64,000 nt of DNA from Eledone cirrhosa (lineage: Eukaryota). Positions within the stretch are counted from its first letter, which is position 1, and each line of letters begins with the position of its first letter. This document shows positions 38,340 to 52,390 of this stretch, piece after piece. A program made the translations under genes and the position numbers. The stretch lies in contig OZ024742.1 in the NCBI GenBank assembly GCA_964016885.1, positions 215,078,001 through 215,142,000 on the forward strand, written 5' to 3'. The notes below the pieces were generated by a model that made no database searches, was not told the origin of the DNA, and was given only the letters and a program-made list of their open reading frames with translations.

Positions 38340-39725
38340 TATTTCATTTATCTTGCTTTATGTTCATACGAGTTATCACCAAGTCACAACCAGTGACATC
38401 AAGAGACAACAAAGTCCGCCATGTTCAGGAAAGAACACACATACACAGAGATGCATCTTTATGTGTTTAGACTTGTGATGTACTTACATTGACAGAATAT
38501 TCCTTAGTATATTGGCAGTTCCCATTTAGTACTATTTTTTTTATATCTTCTATACACGGGTTTCCTGAGATTTGGGATAAGTAGGTATCATTCCTAGAGC
38601 GCCTACAACCACTGTTATTATTTTAGTTCTCAACTTACACATTTTTCCAATCTCTATCTCCAGGTCTTTATAATTGCTCAATATTTCAAATGTTTTTATA
38701 GATACATTCTTGTCTATTGGATTGGACATATCAATTAGCATGCATACCCTCTTTTTACAGTCCTTCAGTATTATATCAGATCTATTTGCATCTATGTTTC
38801 GCTCTGTTTGTATACTAAAGTTCCACAAGATAAGATGTGATATTTTTCAAGTACGGGAGGTGGTTGATGCTCCCACCAATTCTTTTGATAGGGCAGGTCA
38901 AAATGATTACACATTACCCAATGTATGTATTGTGAAGCACAGTGGTGCCTGTTTAGTTATTTGGAGTTATAGGACTGCTCATTGAAATTATATGATCAAT
39001 GATCTCCGGATGTTTTTTACATACACGGCATAATGGATTGCATCCATTTTCCATTATGTTGGCTTGATAATGTTTTGTTGGCAGACACTAATCTTGTGCT
39101 GATATAATTAGTCCTTCAGTCTCCGATTTCAGTCCAGAGGATGCCAACCACTGATGGGTTAAAGCGTTGTCAACATCAGGTTGTTATCTGTTTCTGGGTA
39201 TTTTCCATACAGAGGCTTTTCTTGCCATTTCTTAGCCAGTTTCTGTAGCAATTATTTGTTTGCAGGTACTTTTACCAGCTTTGCCTTTTCTGTTCTTTTT
39301 CATTTCAGCATAAAGGGAACTTCTGAAATTTGTAGTTCATTACTGTATCTTTGTGCATCTTTTGTAATGGAGTATGATTTTTTGATGCTTTCAGGTTTCA
39401 AAACGAGTTTGATCATCCAATCATGTGATTCGCTTAGATATGTAGATAAACCAATTATTGCAGTTTTCAAGTCAATATCTAACTGTATTGATCCACGTCC
39501 TCCTTCTTTCCTAGGGAGATATATTCTATCTGTATCTGCCTTAGGGTGATGCATTCAGTGCATGGTTAAACATTTTTTCATTTTTGTATCGAACCTACGG
39601 ATCTCTGTGCTTCACTAGTTGATGACATTGAAACTGTAGGCTACTACTGGTATGGCAAGTGTGTTTATGGCATCGATCCTATTCCTTGCATTCAACTCCG
39701 TTCTTAAGATTTTTCTTACTCTTAC
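38340..39725 (-). mobile_element. Second R4/Dong-type non-LTR fragment
   Basis: RVRKILRTELNARNRIDAINTLAIPVVAYSF; HHPKADTDRIYLPRKEGGRG; WNFSIQTERNIDANRSDIIL..LIDMS..YKDLEIEI..VVVGALG. (TAA)n tail at 38325-38343. Confidence 0.85.
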
Positions 39726-39869
39726 CCTTCCATCATCCACGACATAGATTTGGATGGACAACACATTACTTCTAGCCTCAGTGATTTTGACTGTACGGAA
39801 CCTATCGCTCCACATACTCCTTAGTTCAACCTTATGGGCCATATATATGACTTTGATCGTGAACCATCC

Positions 39870-42135
39870 ACCAGCTTATTAACCGGACGAAATTGGATAT
39901 AGGGATAATCAGTAAAAATATCCTAGATCGCGTTATACCCAAAGTCAAACAAAACGCTAGGCTTAGCCTTTGGGTCAGCACCCAGGAACTCAATACCTAG
40001 TTTAAGAATATCGAGGATGAACACAGTACCAATTTCATCCAGTTTGACATAGATAGCTTATGCCGGCTCTATTACCCAACCACTCTTTACGGCCGCTGTG
40101 GATTACGCCAAAGCACTTACACCCATTACAGACCAGGAAATCGACATCATTTTCCACGCCAGGAAGACCGTCTTGCTCTTTGATAATTCCACCTGGATAA
40201 ACAGAGCTCCTGACTCTCCTTTCGACGTCAGTGTGGGCTCGACCGACTCGGCCATGGTGACCGATATTATAGGACTATATTTACTCCATAAACTCATGGA
40301 AAAGTTTCCTCTGTCTGTGGCTTGTATCAAGACGACAGGCTTCTTACACTCAAAGGCTACAACCCCAGTAGAACGGAACGGGTCCATAAACATCTCATTA
40401 TATTCTTCCGGGATTTGGGTTTCAAATTCACCCTACAGACGTCCCTTACCCGAGTCAATTTTCTGTATTTTAGCCCGAACCTCATGAATAATTTGTACTA
40501 CCCATATAGGAAAACCAACGACAACCTACATTATATCCACAGCAGTTCTAACCATCCTAGGAACATTACTAACAACTTAGTTAAAAACATCTTTCTCCGT
40601 ATATCTCGCATGTCTGTAAACAAGCAGATCTTCAACGATCACGCGCCATATTACAACCAGGCCCTCAAAATACGCGGCTTCCAGGAGGGCATCTCATATT
40701 AGCCAGGCCCTTCTAGAGGATCCAGCAAGCGACACCGCTGCTCACGCCACGTAACGTGGTTCAACGCTTCCCACAATGCCGAGGCTGCAACACCAATTGG
40801 CAAGATCATTTTTAGACTCTTCAACAAATACTTCCCACCACAACACCGCTAAAACAATATCATCAACCGAAACACCGTCAAACTTTCCTACAGCACTACA
40901 CCCAACTTTGCACAAAACATTGCTTCTTCAAACAACAATGAACGTAACGTAGTCTGCCAGTGTAATGAGAGGACGGTAAACTCTAACAATGCCTACATCG
41001 GATTAACCACCTCGTATTACCAACACCGACATACATTTCAAAACCCGACCTGGCGACACGCAACTGCACTTTCGGCCATATTTGGGACCTCCAAGACAAT
41101 AACATCACCTACATTCTACGTTGCAGCCTACTTTCCAATGCAAACTCTTACTCGGGAGGAAGCTGTCCGTGTAATTTATTCTCGGAGGAACGATCCAAAT
41201 GCTGTTTGCTAAGGATCAACTCTTAAACAAAAAAGATAAACTTGTTAAAATATGTATACACAGAATGCGTAGGACATACCTTAACTTCAAACCCCCTCAC
41301 AACCCGGATGGGTAGACCTCGGCTGTAACATCTTTTCCTATATGCCGACTAAGATAGAGGAAACCCCAGCATACTTAGGTAGAAGTAAAAAATGTTCTTT
41401 CTTCCTTTTTAATACTTTCTTCCCCTCCTTCTCCTCTTACTTTTCTTTTCTTCTTCATTAGTTGCACACTCCTTTACAGGTATTTTCAGCCTCATTCTTC
41501 CTTTGATTAACCCTAGTATCTCCACCCTTGTTGTATCTACATAGCACTGGCTGAAAATATAGCCGGTGCTTTTTTCTTTTTTGGCGGGGTGGGGGGTACA
41601 TCATTACGGACGATATTATTGATAAATTACCACTATGGATGACGTTCTAGTGTTTTGGACGAACTATTAACTAAATTTTATTAATTTGGAATTTGGTATT
41701 AAATTATATTGGATTTGCTTCCTGGGCAACGCTTAATACTACGATTTCTTTTTTTATCATAGGTTCCAAACCCCCTTTAGAGATAGCTGTATAGAATTCC
41801 CTCTTAATGCAGGACCGGCCTACATCCACAGGTTAAATTGTCATCTTACTCCCTCCCCTTGTTCTACAGGCAAGTTCAGTGACCCCCACCCAACCCGCCG
41901 CTATGAAGGAATTTAATTGTGTTTACAAACCTTTGACCACTCTACGCGATTGAAAAACAACTTTGAGAACCGTTTACACGACATTACTGCGACGCTCTCA
42001 TTGCATACCCATATATGAAATTACCCCTTGATAAGTTCAGTCAGGCTACTGTTGTCCTAACAATACCACGTTAGTTAAGACCTAACTGTCGAAACGGCCG
42101 GAGCTCAGCCGTCGGGGTCCTGAGTCTTTTCCTAT
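39870..42135 (+). mobile_element. Naiad-like PLE, 5'-truncated, with hammerhead-bearing 3' repeat
   Basis: FIQFDIDS; IIFHARKTVLLFDNSTW..FDVSVGSTDSAMVTDIIGLYLL; YQDD; YPYRKTNDNLHYIHSSSNHP; YYNQAL; VTWFN; YIGL; CNL; KICIHR. Hammerhead at 42023-42118. Confidence 0.85.
42023..42118 (+). ncRNA. Long-stem-II type I hammerhead motif, U3-A8 variant
   Basis: acccc-UUGAUAA-gttcagtcagg..ctaac(aataccac)gttag..cctaactgtc-GAAA-cggc(cggagctca)gccg-UC-ggggt. Confidence 0.7.
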
Positions 42136-42179
42136 ATACTGTATACATATATATATATATTTACGTGGAGAAATAAATA

Positions 42180-42890
42180 TAGGAGAACAAGCCCTTAAAA
42201 CATGTTTATTTAAAATAGCACCTACGTACGTATCGCCCCAATGGGCTTCTCAAGGGCATAAATAACTAAAAAGTGTTCCTTACATGACTCGGAATAGGTT
42301 TTTAGAGATAAGTTCACGTCAGAGTTCATTCTTCGTAAAAAAAACATGTATGATGTTGCAGTAAGTCAAGGGAGATAACTCTGGCTGGTGTTAGGACAGT
42401 CTCTTCCGGACAAATTTTTTATCGGTTACCAGTATGTGGCTACTATCTTACCATTGTCGATACGCACAGGTACAGGCATGCAACGTTTGTTTCGAGAGGG
42501 TTGTTTGCAGCGCCTGCCCACCTGGGTCGATTGATGCCGGGTCTGGGATGCATGGTTAGTTACAGGATGTTTTTTGCAGCGCCTGCCCACCGGGGTGTTA
42601 AAGCTTGGTGCAGGAAGACCCGGTTTACGGTTTCACTCCTCGTTCTTATTCCATCTGGAGTAGGATATTTTTAAGCGGTGTGTACAGCATATCGTTGTTT
42701 CAGCTCTGCTGTCGATGAGCTCGTGGGGTGTCGTTATGATGTGGTAGAGCTCCCTGAGGCAAAGCTCGCACTTTTCTTGAAGTTGTACGGTGCAGCCATG
42801 CCGACAATTTCCCAGTGCGTGAAGAAGCTGATGTTTGAGTCTTTGAATGTTGTGATGTTGTTCGCGAGCGAAGTGGAGTGTTTGCGAAAG
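42180..42890 (-). mobile_element. Naiad-like PLE 3' fragment (GIY-YIG tail + terminal repeat)
   Basis: HSTSLANNI..KDSNI..WEIVGMAAPYN..CELCLRELYHI..CTHR. Degenerate hammerhead at 42219-42257. Confidence 0.75.
42219..42257 (-). ncRNA. Degenerate minimal hammerhead, U3-A8 variant
   Basis: cc-UUGAGAA-gccc(attg)gggc-GAUA-cgtacg-UA-gg. GAUA instead of GAAA; weak stem I. Confidence 0.5.
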
Positions 42891-44299
42891 ATATATATAT
42901 ATTTATTTATAATAATAAAGTATGTGTTCCTATGTGGAAAAAATACATATAGGGATACAAGTATTATCCATCCGTATGCCAATGTGGTTCTATGGCAGGT
43001 TAATAAATTAACTAGCCAGAACATATAAAATCAAGGTTTAGCAAATAGAGAAAACGGTTTTAAAATAAATCATCAAAAGTTCGCTGTACTTACTATATGT
43101 ACTTTACCGCGCGGTTTCAAATCCCAAAATAAAGGCATACGGTTGGATAATACTTGTATCCCTATATGTATTTTTTACACGTAGGAACACATACTTTATT
43201 ATTATTAATCACCCCTAAGGTTGAGATAACATTTGGTCGTTTGTACTGCTGCTATTTCTAGTGGCAGGACATTGACCTGTCCGCTCTTGCCTTCTGTCTT
43301 TACACAAGGCACTAGACAAAATTGTTTCTTTCCTCATTGACTCTCATCCGGGAACAGTTTTGTATGGCGACAGTTTGTGATTTGAACTCAGGAATGTTAT
43401 ATTCTCCGAGCGGGAAAGACTTTCTGACGAGTGTCCCCTTCTCAATGGAAATCCGCCTGGATTATCCATTTATATTGGGATTTGAAACCGCGCGCTGAAG
43501 GTACATATAGTAGAGTACAGCGAACTTTTAAAAATTTATTTTAAAAACTTTTTTCTCTATTCGCTAAACATTGATTTTATATATACATTTATATATATAT
43601 ATATATATATAATATAATTAGAAACACACAGATACATGCGGACACACACACATATATACATGAATGCATCCGCACCCAACTGTGAGTTAAGGGTGCCAAC
43701 TTCACCGATGTTGCTCAATGAATGACTGGGACAGACCAGTTCAGTTGAACTAGACTGAACCAGTATCAGAGTTAAAAATACATTATGAAGAGAGAAGAAA
43801 CATTTAGATATAATTAGTAATAAAATGTATCATACCCAAACTGCTCCTAAAAAAAAAAAATATATATATATATATACATATACGGACATATATCTACACA
43901 CACACACACATACACACACACACGCACACATACACATATACATATATATATAACTACATGCACACACATATACGTATACACACAGAGAATCAGACACATA
44001 TGTACCCTTTAGTAGGGTGAAAATAGAAATAACATGTAGTCTTATTTACTTATCACAGTTTGTATCAACATTTATGTGCAAATGGAATTACGTTGGAGGT
44101 AGATTGTCCTTAGGAAAACCGGATTATAGACCGAGGGTAGATAGTGAAACCCGGTTGGCAGAAATGTGGTGTGTAAGGTGATACCCATTTTAGGAATCTG
44201 CCACCGTATATTATCTCACTAAATAGCTAGTTGTTAGATACTTAAATTAGAACTAAGGAAGTGAGAAGGAAAGGAAATCAGCGGTGATGTAAGTCGTGG

Positions 44300-44800
44300 G
44301 GCCAACAGCTAAGTACGTGCTACTCTGGTGTATTTGTATATGCTGATTCCGTGTGCTTTAACGTGTGCTTTACCGTGAGTCTTACCGTGTGCCTATTGTA
44401 AATGTTATGGTACATGTGGGTCCTCGGGAAGCATGTATCCAGTGCCCTAAAGAATGAGCAGGCGAGGCTGGTCTTCAGTCCCACAGAGTTTGGTGGATTA
44501 TACCATGTTATTTTTCTATACCTAGTCCTATGTATGTGAGTTGAGTACGCAACAGGTCGTTGAGGAGTCGGTGTGCTTCTTCGGCCTCTGGGACTGCTGC
44601 TGCTCCGTTGCATTATTACGGTTTCTGCTTGTTGCTATGTCCCTGCTGGCGGGCTGATGCCGGCCTGCACCGGAGTTTCAAGCGTCTATCCCGGTCGGTG
44701 CCCTGTGGTTGGAAACGCTTGGGCCGCAGGTGGTTTGTATCACTGCAAGACCCACCTTGCGTATTGCGTTTATAGGTATACCAATGGTGCTAGATCCCGG
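44300..44800 (-). mobile_element. Naiad-like PLE fragment
   Basis: RYRKITWYNPPNSVGLKTSLACSFFRALDTCFPRTHMYHNIYNRHTVRL, the characteristic WYNPP linker. Confidence 0.75.
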
Positions 44801-44812
44801 GGTTTTATATAA

Positions 44813-44892
<80 letters not shown>

Positions 44893-47800
44893 ATATATAT
44901 ATCCATGTCTAAGTGTCTGTATGGATTATATGTATAATGTGTATAATTATTTAATAACTAGATTTGGGTTTGCGCAGCTTAAGATGTGCTAACATATAAG
45001 CAAAATATATATATCAAAATTAACATTGATCACGATTTGCCTTGAAAATTGACTTCGTTGTATAAGAGTGGATATATACATATTCGTAGGAAACTTTACA
45101 GCAAAAGAATTAGTAAAAATCTCTGTTTTTCATACTAGTGTTTAATATGAATCTTAAATATACATTTAGCAGCCCATTACTTTTTCATAGATCTAACTTT
45201 AATCTTCTTAAGAAGAAATACCATACTTGATATCTTTTTGTCAAAATGTTATAACATTTACGTTGACGTATGAGGGCATCATTCGTTTGAAATCCCTACA
45301 ATCTTTTGATTCTTATCAAGTCAAATTTGATAAATATAGTGCAAGAGGCTGATTGATTAAATCACAACTTGCCACATGTTCTCCATTCATGCATTCTGCG
45401 TTTCAAGCCTACTACTCGTCACCAGAAAATTTGGTTTGATGACCAAGCAACATATGTGATAGGCTAGTGAATATTTGAAGTACGTAACCAAATGATTGGG
45501 TTTAGGTCTGCAGCTAGAAGAAAATGCAAAAGTTTCTTTCGAGTCGCATCTGACACACCTCTCAGTCTCTGTCTTGTTCTTTCCCACATCCTCTCACCTC
45601 GGCTCGCCCACTCATGCAGCACCTTCTTCTGCATACCGGGAAATGCAAAACAATCCAAATCATTCAATAACATATAATAATATCGCTAAGTGTTTAATTT
45701 AGTATTGCAGCAATAATATACATGCTGAAATACAGACTTGAAATATTTAACGTTATAGTAATATTTCTAAACTAGATCTTTAGCAAATCGTTGCGAAATT
45801 GAATATGCTCAACATATTATGAAGCCACTTTCTCAAAGATTATTTCATGTCAGAGACAGTTTGTCTCGTTGGCACCAGTTTATAATAGCAAATTATTGGG
45901 ATTTCCGGAGTAACGAAATGCCGCAATAGAAAGACCCTGATTTAATGGAAACATTATAAAAGCTAAATACTAAAATTCGAAAAATGTTACACTACATTAA
46001 AGATTTGAATGGTATTCGTGCCAACATATTTTCTTCTTTTTTTCTTCTCCTTTTCTAGTTGTTGCTATAGAGATGCCTTTCCATCAGAAATTACTGGTGA
46101 CTAGCCTTAACAGAAATATATTCATTCACACGTATTTATTCTCAACGGCTAAATTATATTTCTCTATATCTGAATATTTCCATTCATTTCACACCCATTT
46201 CCACTGTCTATCTGCATGTCTTACTCTTTCTGTGGCATTTCTTTATCATCCTCTCTTCTTAATTCGGATCATTTATATATTGTATTTCACAATATCTCTG
46301 CACATACTTCATATAATATGAGATATAATATTTCTATCCCACGACCACCTTCTCCTAAATGTCCATTTTAATTATCCAGGTCACTATGACATAACCATAG
46401 CTATCTCAATTCACAGTTTCCTAAATTGTTCACATAGAATAAGTTTACTTTTTCTATAAACTATACAGTGTTATTTATGTTCCGTGTCGGTTCTTCATCT
46501 ATATCACATGATTACAATAAAATAACTGCAATGTAACAATCACCACCATCCATTTTTATATCTAGATATTCAATGGTTAATTAATATTTAATTATTATTG
46601 CTATTTGATGTCTCGATTTAGAAGAAACCTAAAGGTAAATCTCGTTTTCAAATGTGTCTTGCATTTTTCGATATTTGGAAATCAAGATACAGGGAAATTA
46701 CTATATTTAATCTTCGTCCAGTTTACAATAGAATCCCTGTGCATATGCAAGATCTCACAGCCATCATCTACATGAAGAGGGTTGTAGTGATGGCAACCTG
46801 CTAGAAAACGCAACCAAGTCCCTCTCGTGTCTTATATATTACCGGCTCACATATTTAAATATGACTGAAGTGAAGAATAAACAGCACTCTCTAAATATTG
46901 TTAATAATATAATAGTTGCACAAGGAAAAGTTATACAAATATTGATGTCAATTTTCAAGTAAGTATAAGTGTTTTGAACACTATATCATCCTATTTAATC
47001 TCTGTAATGAACTCATAAATTTTATTTCAAGCAATATAACAATAGAAAATCTCTACTCCAAGGAATATCGTTACTAAGCATTGAATACCGGTTATAGTAA
47101 CAATATTCTATTTTTATGTTACATACTTCAGAAATAGATAACCATAAACTTTATTTAGTTAATTTACATTTGTATAGTTATTTATTTTAGCTTTTCCTTC
47201 GTGCACTGAGAGTGTTTGTAAAAATACACAGAATACATTGTTTTAAACTCTATACTGGGGAGTGTAGGTTGTGTCATGGGGGATATATTTCAATAAATAT
47301 AAAACATGTTTCTTTGAATGCACAAAACATCATTGTTTGTATATGTATTTGAGAAAGACGTGACTGCTATCGAGCACATAACGTGCATACATATATGATA
47401 CCGAATGTGATTTACTAAGTAACCTTGTAGATCTATTTATAATCCTGTCTGACACATGTTACGTTAAATACCATTCCAGCATGATCAGGACGAAAGCTGC
47501 TTCAGATTCATCAAACTAATATCCTTTGTCATGTTTGTATGCATAATATCTAATAATATCAAACGATTCCGCTGACCTATCATCTTCAATGTCAATTATT
47601 TATTTGACGTGTGAGTGAAAACTACATATTTCTGTAATTTCCACTCGGACCTTGCTTTATGTATTCAAAGTTTAATGGATTTTAGACTCGTATCAGAATT
47701 ATCATTTAAGATTTAATAAATAACCATTAGAAAGAGAAGGATGTGAGATAAGTGGTGTAAAATTAATTTCTTCCTTTTTTTTTCAACTATTTATAAGTAT

Positions 47801-48748
47801 TATTTCTTCTTTGTCTAGATTTCTGAGTAGGTTCAGCATAAATGGAGGATGCTTTCAAGTATTATTTTGCCGATATGTATGCATTATAGATCCATGTTAC
47901 AACATATAAAGGGAATTTCATTTCGTATTGTCTTATTTGATTTTCACTTGTCGGCTCTGGTTTAAATAAAAAAAATATTTCTCTAGCATGACTAATATGA
48001 AATATAATGTAAAATATAGATATATTAAAACCGAAATATGTTTATCGTTACTTCTATCTCATATGGTAATGTAAGCCAAAGGAAATCGAATAATGCTGAT
48101 GCTTATAAAAAGGAAAATAGAATTGACATCATCTGCTACATTTCAATATGTGTCTGTTAAACAGATTGACCAAAAATATTTCCCTTTTTCATGGAGAAAT
48201 TGGTTGATGGTGTGGATTTTTGTAATGGCTTCGCTTTTATTAAATTTACTTCATGTAATTCAATATGATCTTGTATGTATGTATATATACACACACATAC
48301 ACACATACACACTCACACATATATATATCATAGTCGAAATACTTTAATATTCTAATACATATAAAAGAGAGCAGACGCTTTAGATTTTAATATACATAAT
48401 CTGCAAGGTGAAATTTGTTTTCTCATGTACAAATTAGCGCCCATATCGAAAATATTTAAGTGATGTTGCCACTAAAAATCCATTAGCCTATTGCAAGAAT
48501 GTGTTGAGCAATTTACGTCATGAATATGTAATAAAGTATGTGGAGTTATATGCTGTAAAAGGGAACTAAGTGAAAAGCTACGCAAGTTTAAAGCAAACTG
48601 TGCAAAATATTTTGAGAAAACACATATTCTGAGAATGGAGCTGTGCACAAACGCCGATTTGAGAAATACAAATTTCATGAGGCGCTGTGCTATATCCCTA
48701 AGTGATGTGGTAAATTCCACCAAAGGAACCCGAGCTAATCTTCTAGGC

Positions 48749-49037
48749 CAGGCATGGGTAACCTGTTTCGAGGAGCAGGCCGCATGAGATATAGCTCATC
48801 ATCAGGCGAGCGGCAAGCGCTAATTTACGTTCGTGTCCACATAAAAAAAGGGCGGTAACTCGGGTTGTTTTGATATGTTTCTTCAGAATTCGTACACGTT
48901 GTTTCACTCGATCGTAAAATTGATAGAAAGATAAATTACGACTGTAAAGTTGGAGTAACAAAATCAGAAAGATTTCACTTATGTGACTTAGTCCATGCAT
49001 TCCTAAAGCTTCGCGGGCCGCAGGTTGCCCAAGAAAT
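48749..49037. mobile_element. Decayed hAT-like MITE
   Basis: Left end caggcatgggtaacctg; right end cgggccgcaggttgccca. Possible 8 bp TSD ttctaggc/ttctaaac. Confidence 0.55.
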
Positions 49038-49904
49038 TTCTAAACCCTCACAACTTCTACCGAAGGAGGTGAAGGTAAATCGGGTAAGTAATGGGATTCA
49101 TGCACTACAGAAGCTGTGGAAATTATAAAGGAGAGTATGGTTGTTTTATGCCCATCAACGTATATGTACAAAAATGATGATGCGTACAAGTTCACTGGCC
49201 TATTGCCACATTTAAGCTTACTCTCCCGTACTTCCCAATACAACACGACTGAAATAAATATTCACTAATGACCTATGGACTCCAACATGATAATAATCTG
49301 AATGAACAACATCACTTCAACATCGGTGCAATAAAATAACATTGTTTTCATTCTCAGCAGCTGTCTCTGATGACGATGAATTAAATAACTGGTGCATGAT
49401 ATTATTTAATGCCTTTGAAATGAACACAATTGGTGTGACGCGAGATAAAACGTATATATATATATATAGGGAGTGAGAGAGATGTGGGGCGTCGGAGGGG
49501 ATACGTATTTAAATAATATGCATACATATGTATACCCCTCCATATTTTGTACATTAACATGACGAGGTTTCCCTTACTCCAAATGTAATAATCTGCATTT
49601 AATCTAATTACACTTTCTCTCTTCCTTTCGTCCTCTCCCGGAATATTAAAAGGCTTGATCATACACATTTCAATTCACAGCGAGGCTTCTAATAAAAAAA
49701 ATACTTCTGTCGGTTTGCAATATACATTAACCAGCATATCTTTTGATAAACATAAAATAAACTCTGAAACTGACATGCCTTTTCTTTAGAAACAAGGAAG
49801 TGTAACAGTTACTTTTATCTCTGAATTTGTTCACGGTGAGTTTTCTAATTAAAGATTGTGATATCATCTACATTAAACTCATTAAACATGCGCTACGTTT
49901 TACT

Positions 49905-49943
<39 letters not shown>

Positions 49944-50689
49944 GATACTTGTGTGTGTGCCTATGTTTGTGTGGTGTGGGGTGATGAACCAATTAGTTAC
50001 CATTAAGGTTATAAAAGTTTTCACCGGAAATGTATTCATCTAATGGACTGGGACTGTCCGCATAATATTAGCTTTACATGTAAATGGCCCAGTTCAAATG
50101 ATGTATATTCGGTCATGCATGGGTTGATGCGTGCGTAAGTTGTTTCAGGAACAGGGAGCGTATGTGCAATTACTTAAGTAAAATAGCGACTAATTAGCAG
50201 GAAGATTTCAAACGTTGATAAAATGCGTTCGAGGAAGTGATCAAACAATTGGCTATTGTTAGCACCAATTGATATATGATCAGAAGTTATATACATGATC
50301 AGAAGATATATGCAGTATAATTAAAGTAAGTTAGTTCTTAGAGATCTAGAGTTCCAATATCAATTTGTTGTTGATTGAAAATTCTATTCAGTGTTTAAGT
50401 CTAGAATTATGGGCAGGTAAAATGGATAAACAATAGAGAAACTACATCTTATGGGATAATACTTACATTTTTTAATCGTTAACTGTCGACGTAGTAATTC
50501 ACGGAAAATATATTGATCGCCTACCTGTTAACTGCCAATATCTATATCTTCCCATGATCTGATTCATAAGGTTTAACTAACTACGCACCAACTGCTAATC
50601 CGTATCTTACTCTTCTTCCTGCTATTTCAAGCGTTAAACTAATATATTCCTTCTATATACTCTACCGAATGTGTTGTTATTACTGTTTT

Positions 50690-50868
50690 GGATTACTGTA
50701 TCGGTAGAGGGTCGGACGCCATGCTTTCCAGCATAGTTACGTCCCTTTACGATCTGAGTTCAAATCCCGCCGAGGTTGACTTTGCCTTTCATCCTTACGG
50801 GGTCGATAAAATAAAGTACCAGTAATGCACTGGGTAATTGCTGGCCTTGTGCCTAAAGTAGAAACAAT
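50690..50868 (+). mobile_element. tRNA-derived SINE (subfamily A)
   Basis: Near-identical to other A copies. TSD attactgttt. Confidence 0.92.
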
Positions 50869-51637
50869 TACTGTTTACCTTTTACACACACACACACACA
50901 AACACACACATACCCACACACATACCCCCACACACACATATATATATATATATATACATATGTGTGTGTGTGTATGTGTCTCTGTGTGTATTAGGTATGT
51001 TTATGTGTAATGTTGCATGTGTATGTGTATAATGCTATATAAATACTTGCATTGATGCATACATATATGCTATACGCATTTGCGGAAACAATATCTGTAG
51101 GCTGAAATGTTGCTATAAGTTTTTATAAGGAACAATTAACATATGAATATATTAACGAAATACAAATGAAGCATGTAAGCACAGATTGTTTGGATGCTCA
51201 CAGAGATAGAATTCATTTGTTTGACATGAACAGGAAACAGAGACAGCAACATCTTCTTCACCTCCTGCCAGTATCCGGAATGTTATTGGTGAATGCCTAC
51301 AGCGAGTTCAATGCCAAATCTCTCTGCTGATGGCTCCCAAGTCGAAAGAGATATACTAATAGAATATTGTCATTGATTCATAGAAGCGTGTTTCTCATTA
51401 TTATTGGTTCCTCGATAGTGTGTCGTTATATTAGCCAACGTATTGAAAATATCTTCTAGCGAATAGAGTGTACATATTGAAAGAAGAGCAACACATTTAC
51501 TGACTATAATTAAAGAGGTCAACTACTGACCCAGGTACTATATTTACTAGAAAATATTCAATGTCAAAATGCCAAAATATATTTCAGCACATCTGTCAGA
51601 ATATGAGTATGTATATACTTGTGTTTGTGAATGTGTG

Positions 51638-51686
<49 letters not shown>

Positions 51687-52290
51687 TAAAGAAAACGAAA
51701 AATCAGTGATGCTTCTGGACTTAATTTAATGCGTGTTACAATTGTTTCGCCGGCAGGTAGCTTGAGACATGGTCCCTGTATGGATCTGACTGATTCTACT
51801 TCTGCAGGTTCTTTCAGACACGGGTATTTCGTTTGGAGCAAATTTTATCACTGGGGTGTTATCATCAAAATACACCCTAAAAAAACCCTACTTCCACTCT
51901 TGTCATGCCATTGGCTGTTTTTACTCCACGAAATCACAAGTTCTGGTAAGGATTTGCTGACACACGGGTCATCAGCCATTTTCCGTCCGACACATTTCGA
52001 TAGAGTCATGCATCTCACACGTCTGTTCACACTTCAGAGTAAGCACCCACACATACTAATATACACAGACATAAACACACACATGCACACACACTCCCAC
52101 ATACATACACTCCCACATACACACACACTCTCTCCCTCACTTCCACGGACCAAGTCACGCCCACTTGTAGATACATATCGCCAAAGCCTTATATACATTT
52201 ATATATCTATATATACACATTCATACACACACATATATACATACACACATACATACGCATACATACATATACACGCACACATGTATATAC

Positions 52291-52390
<100 letters not shown>

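Noticed and set aside
39870-42135. Selenocysteine (UGA/SECIS) recoding reported for some Naiad PLEs
   Set aside because: The Cys positions I could read here and at 60090-60490 are TGT/TGC, and I saw no convincing SECIS. A SECISearch run on consensus sequences would be needed.
45387-45702. Overlapping short ORFs in a more complex patch, a possible exon
   Set aside because: No recognisable domain or paired splice signals. Cannot be supported without transcript data.
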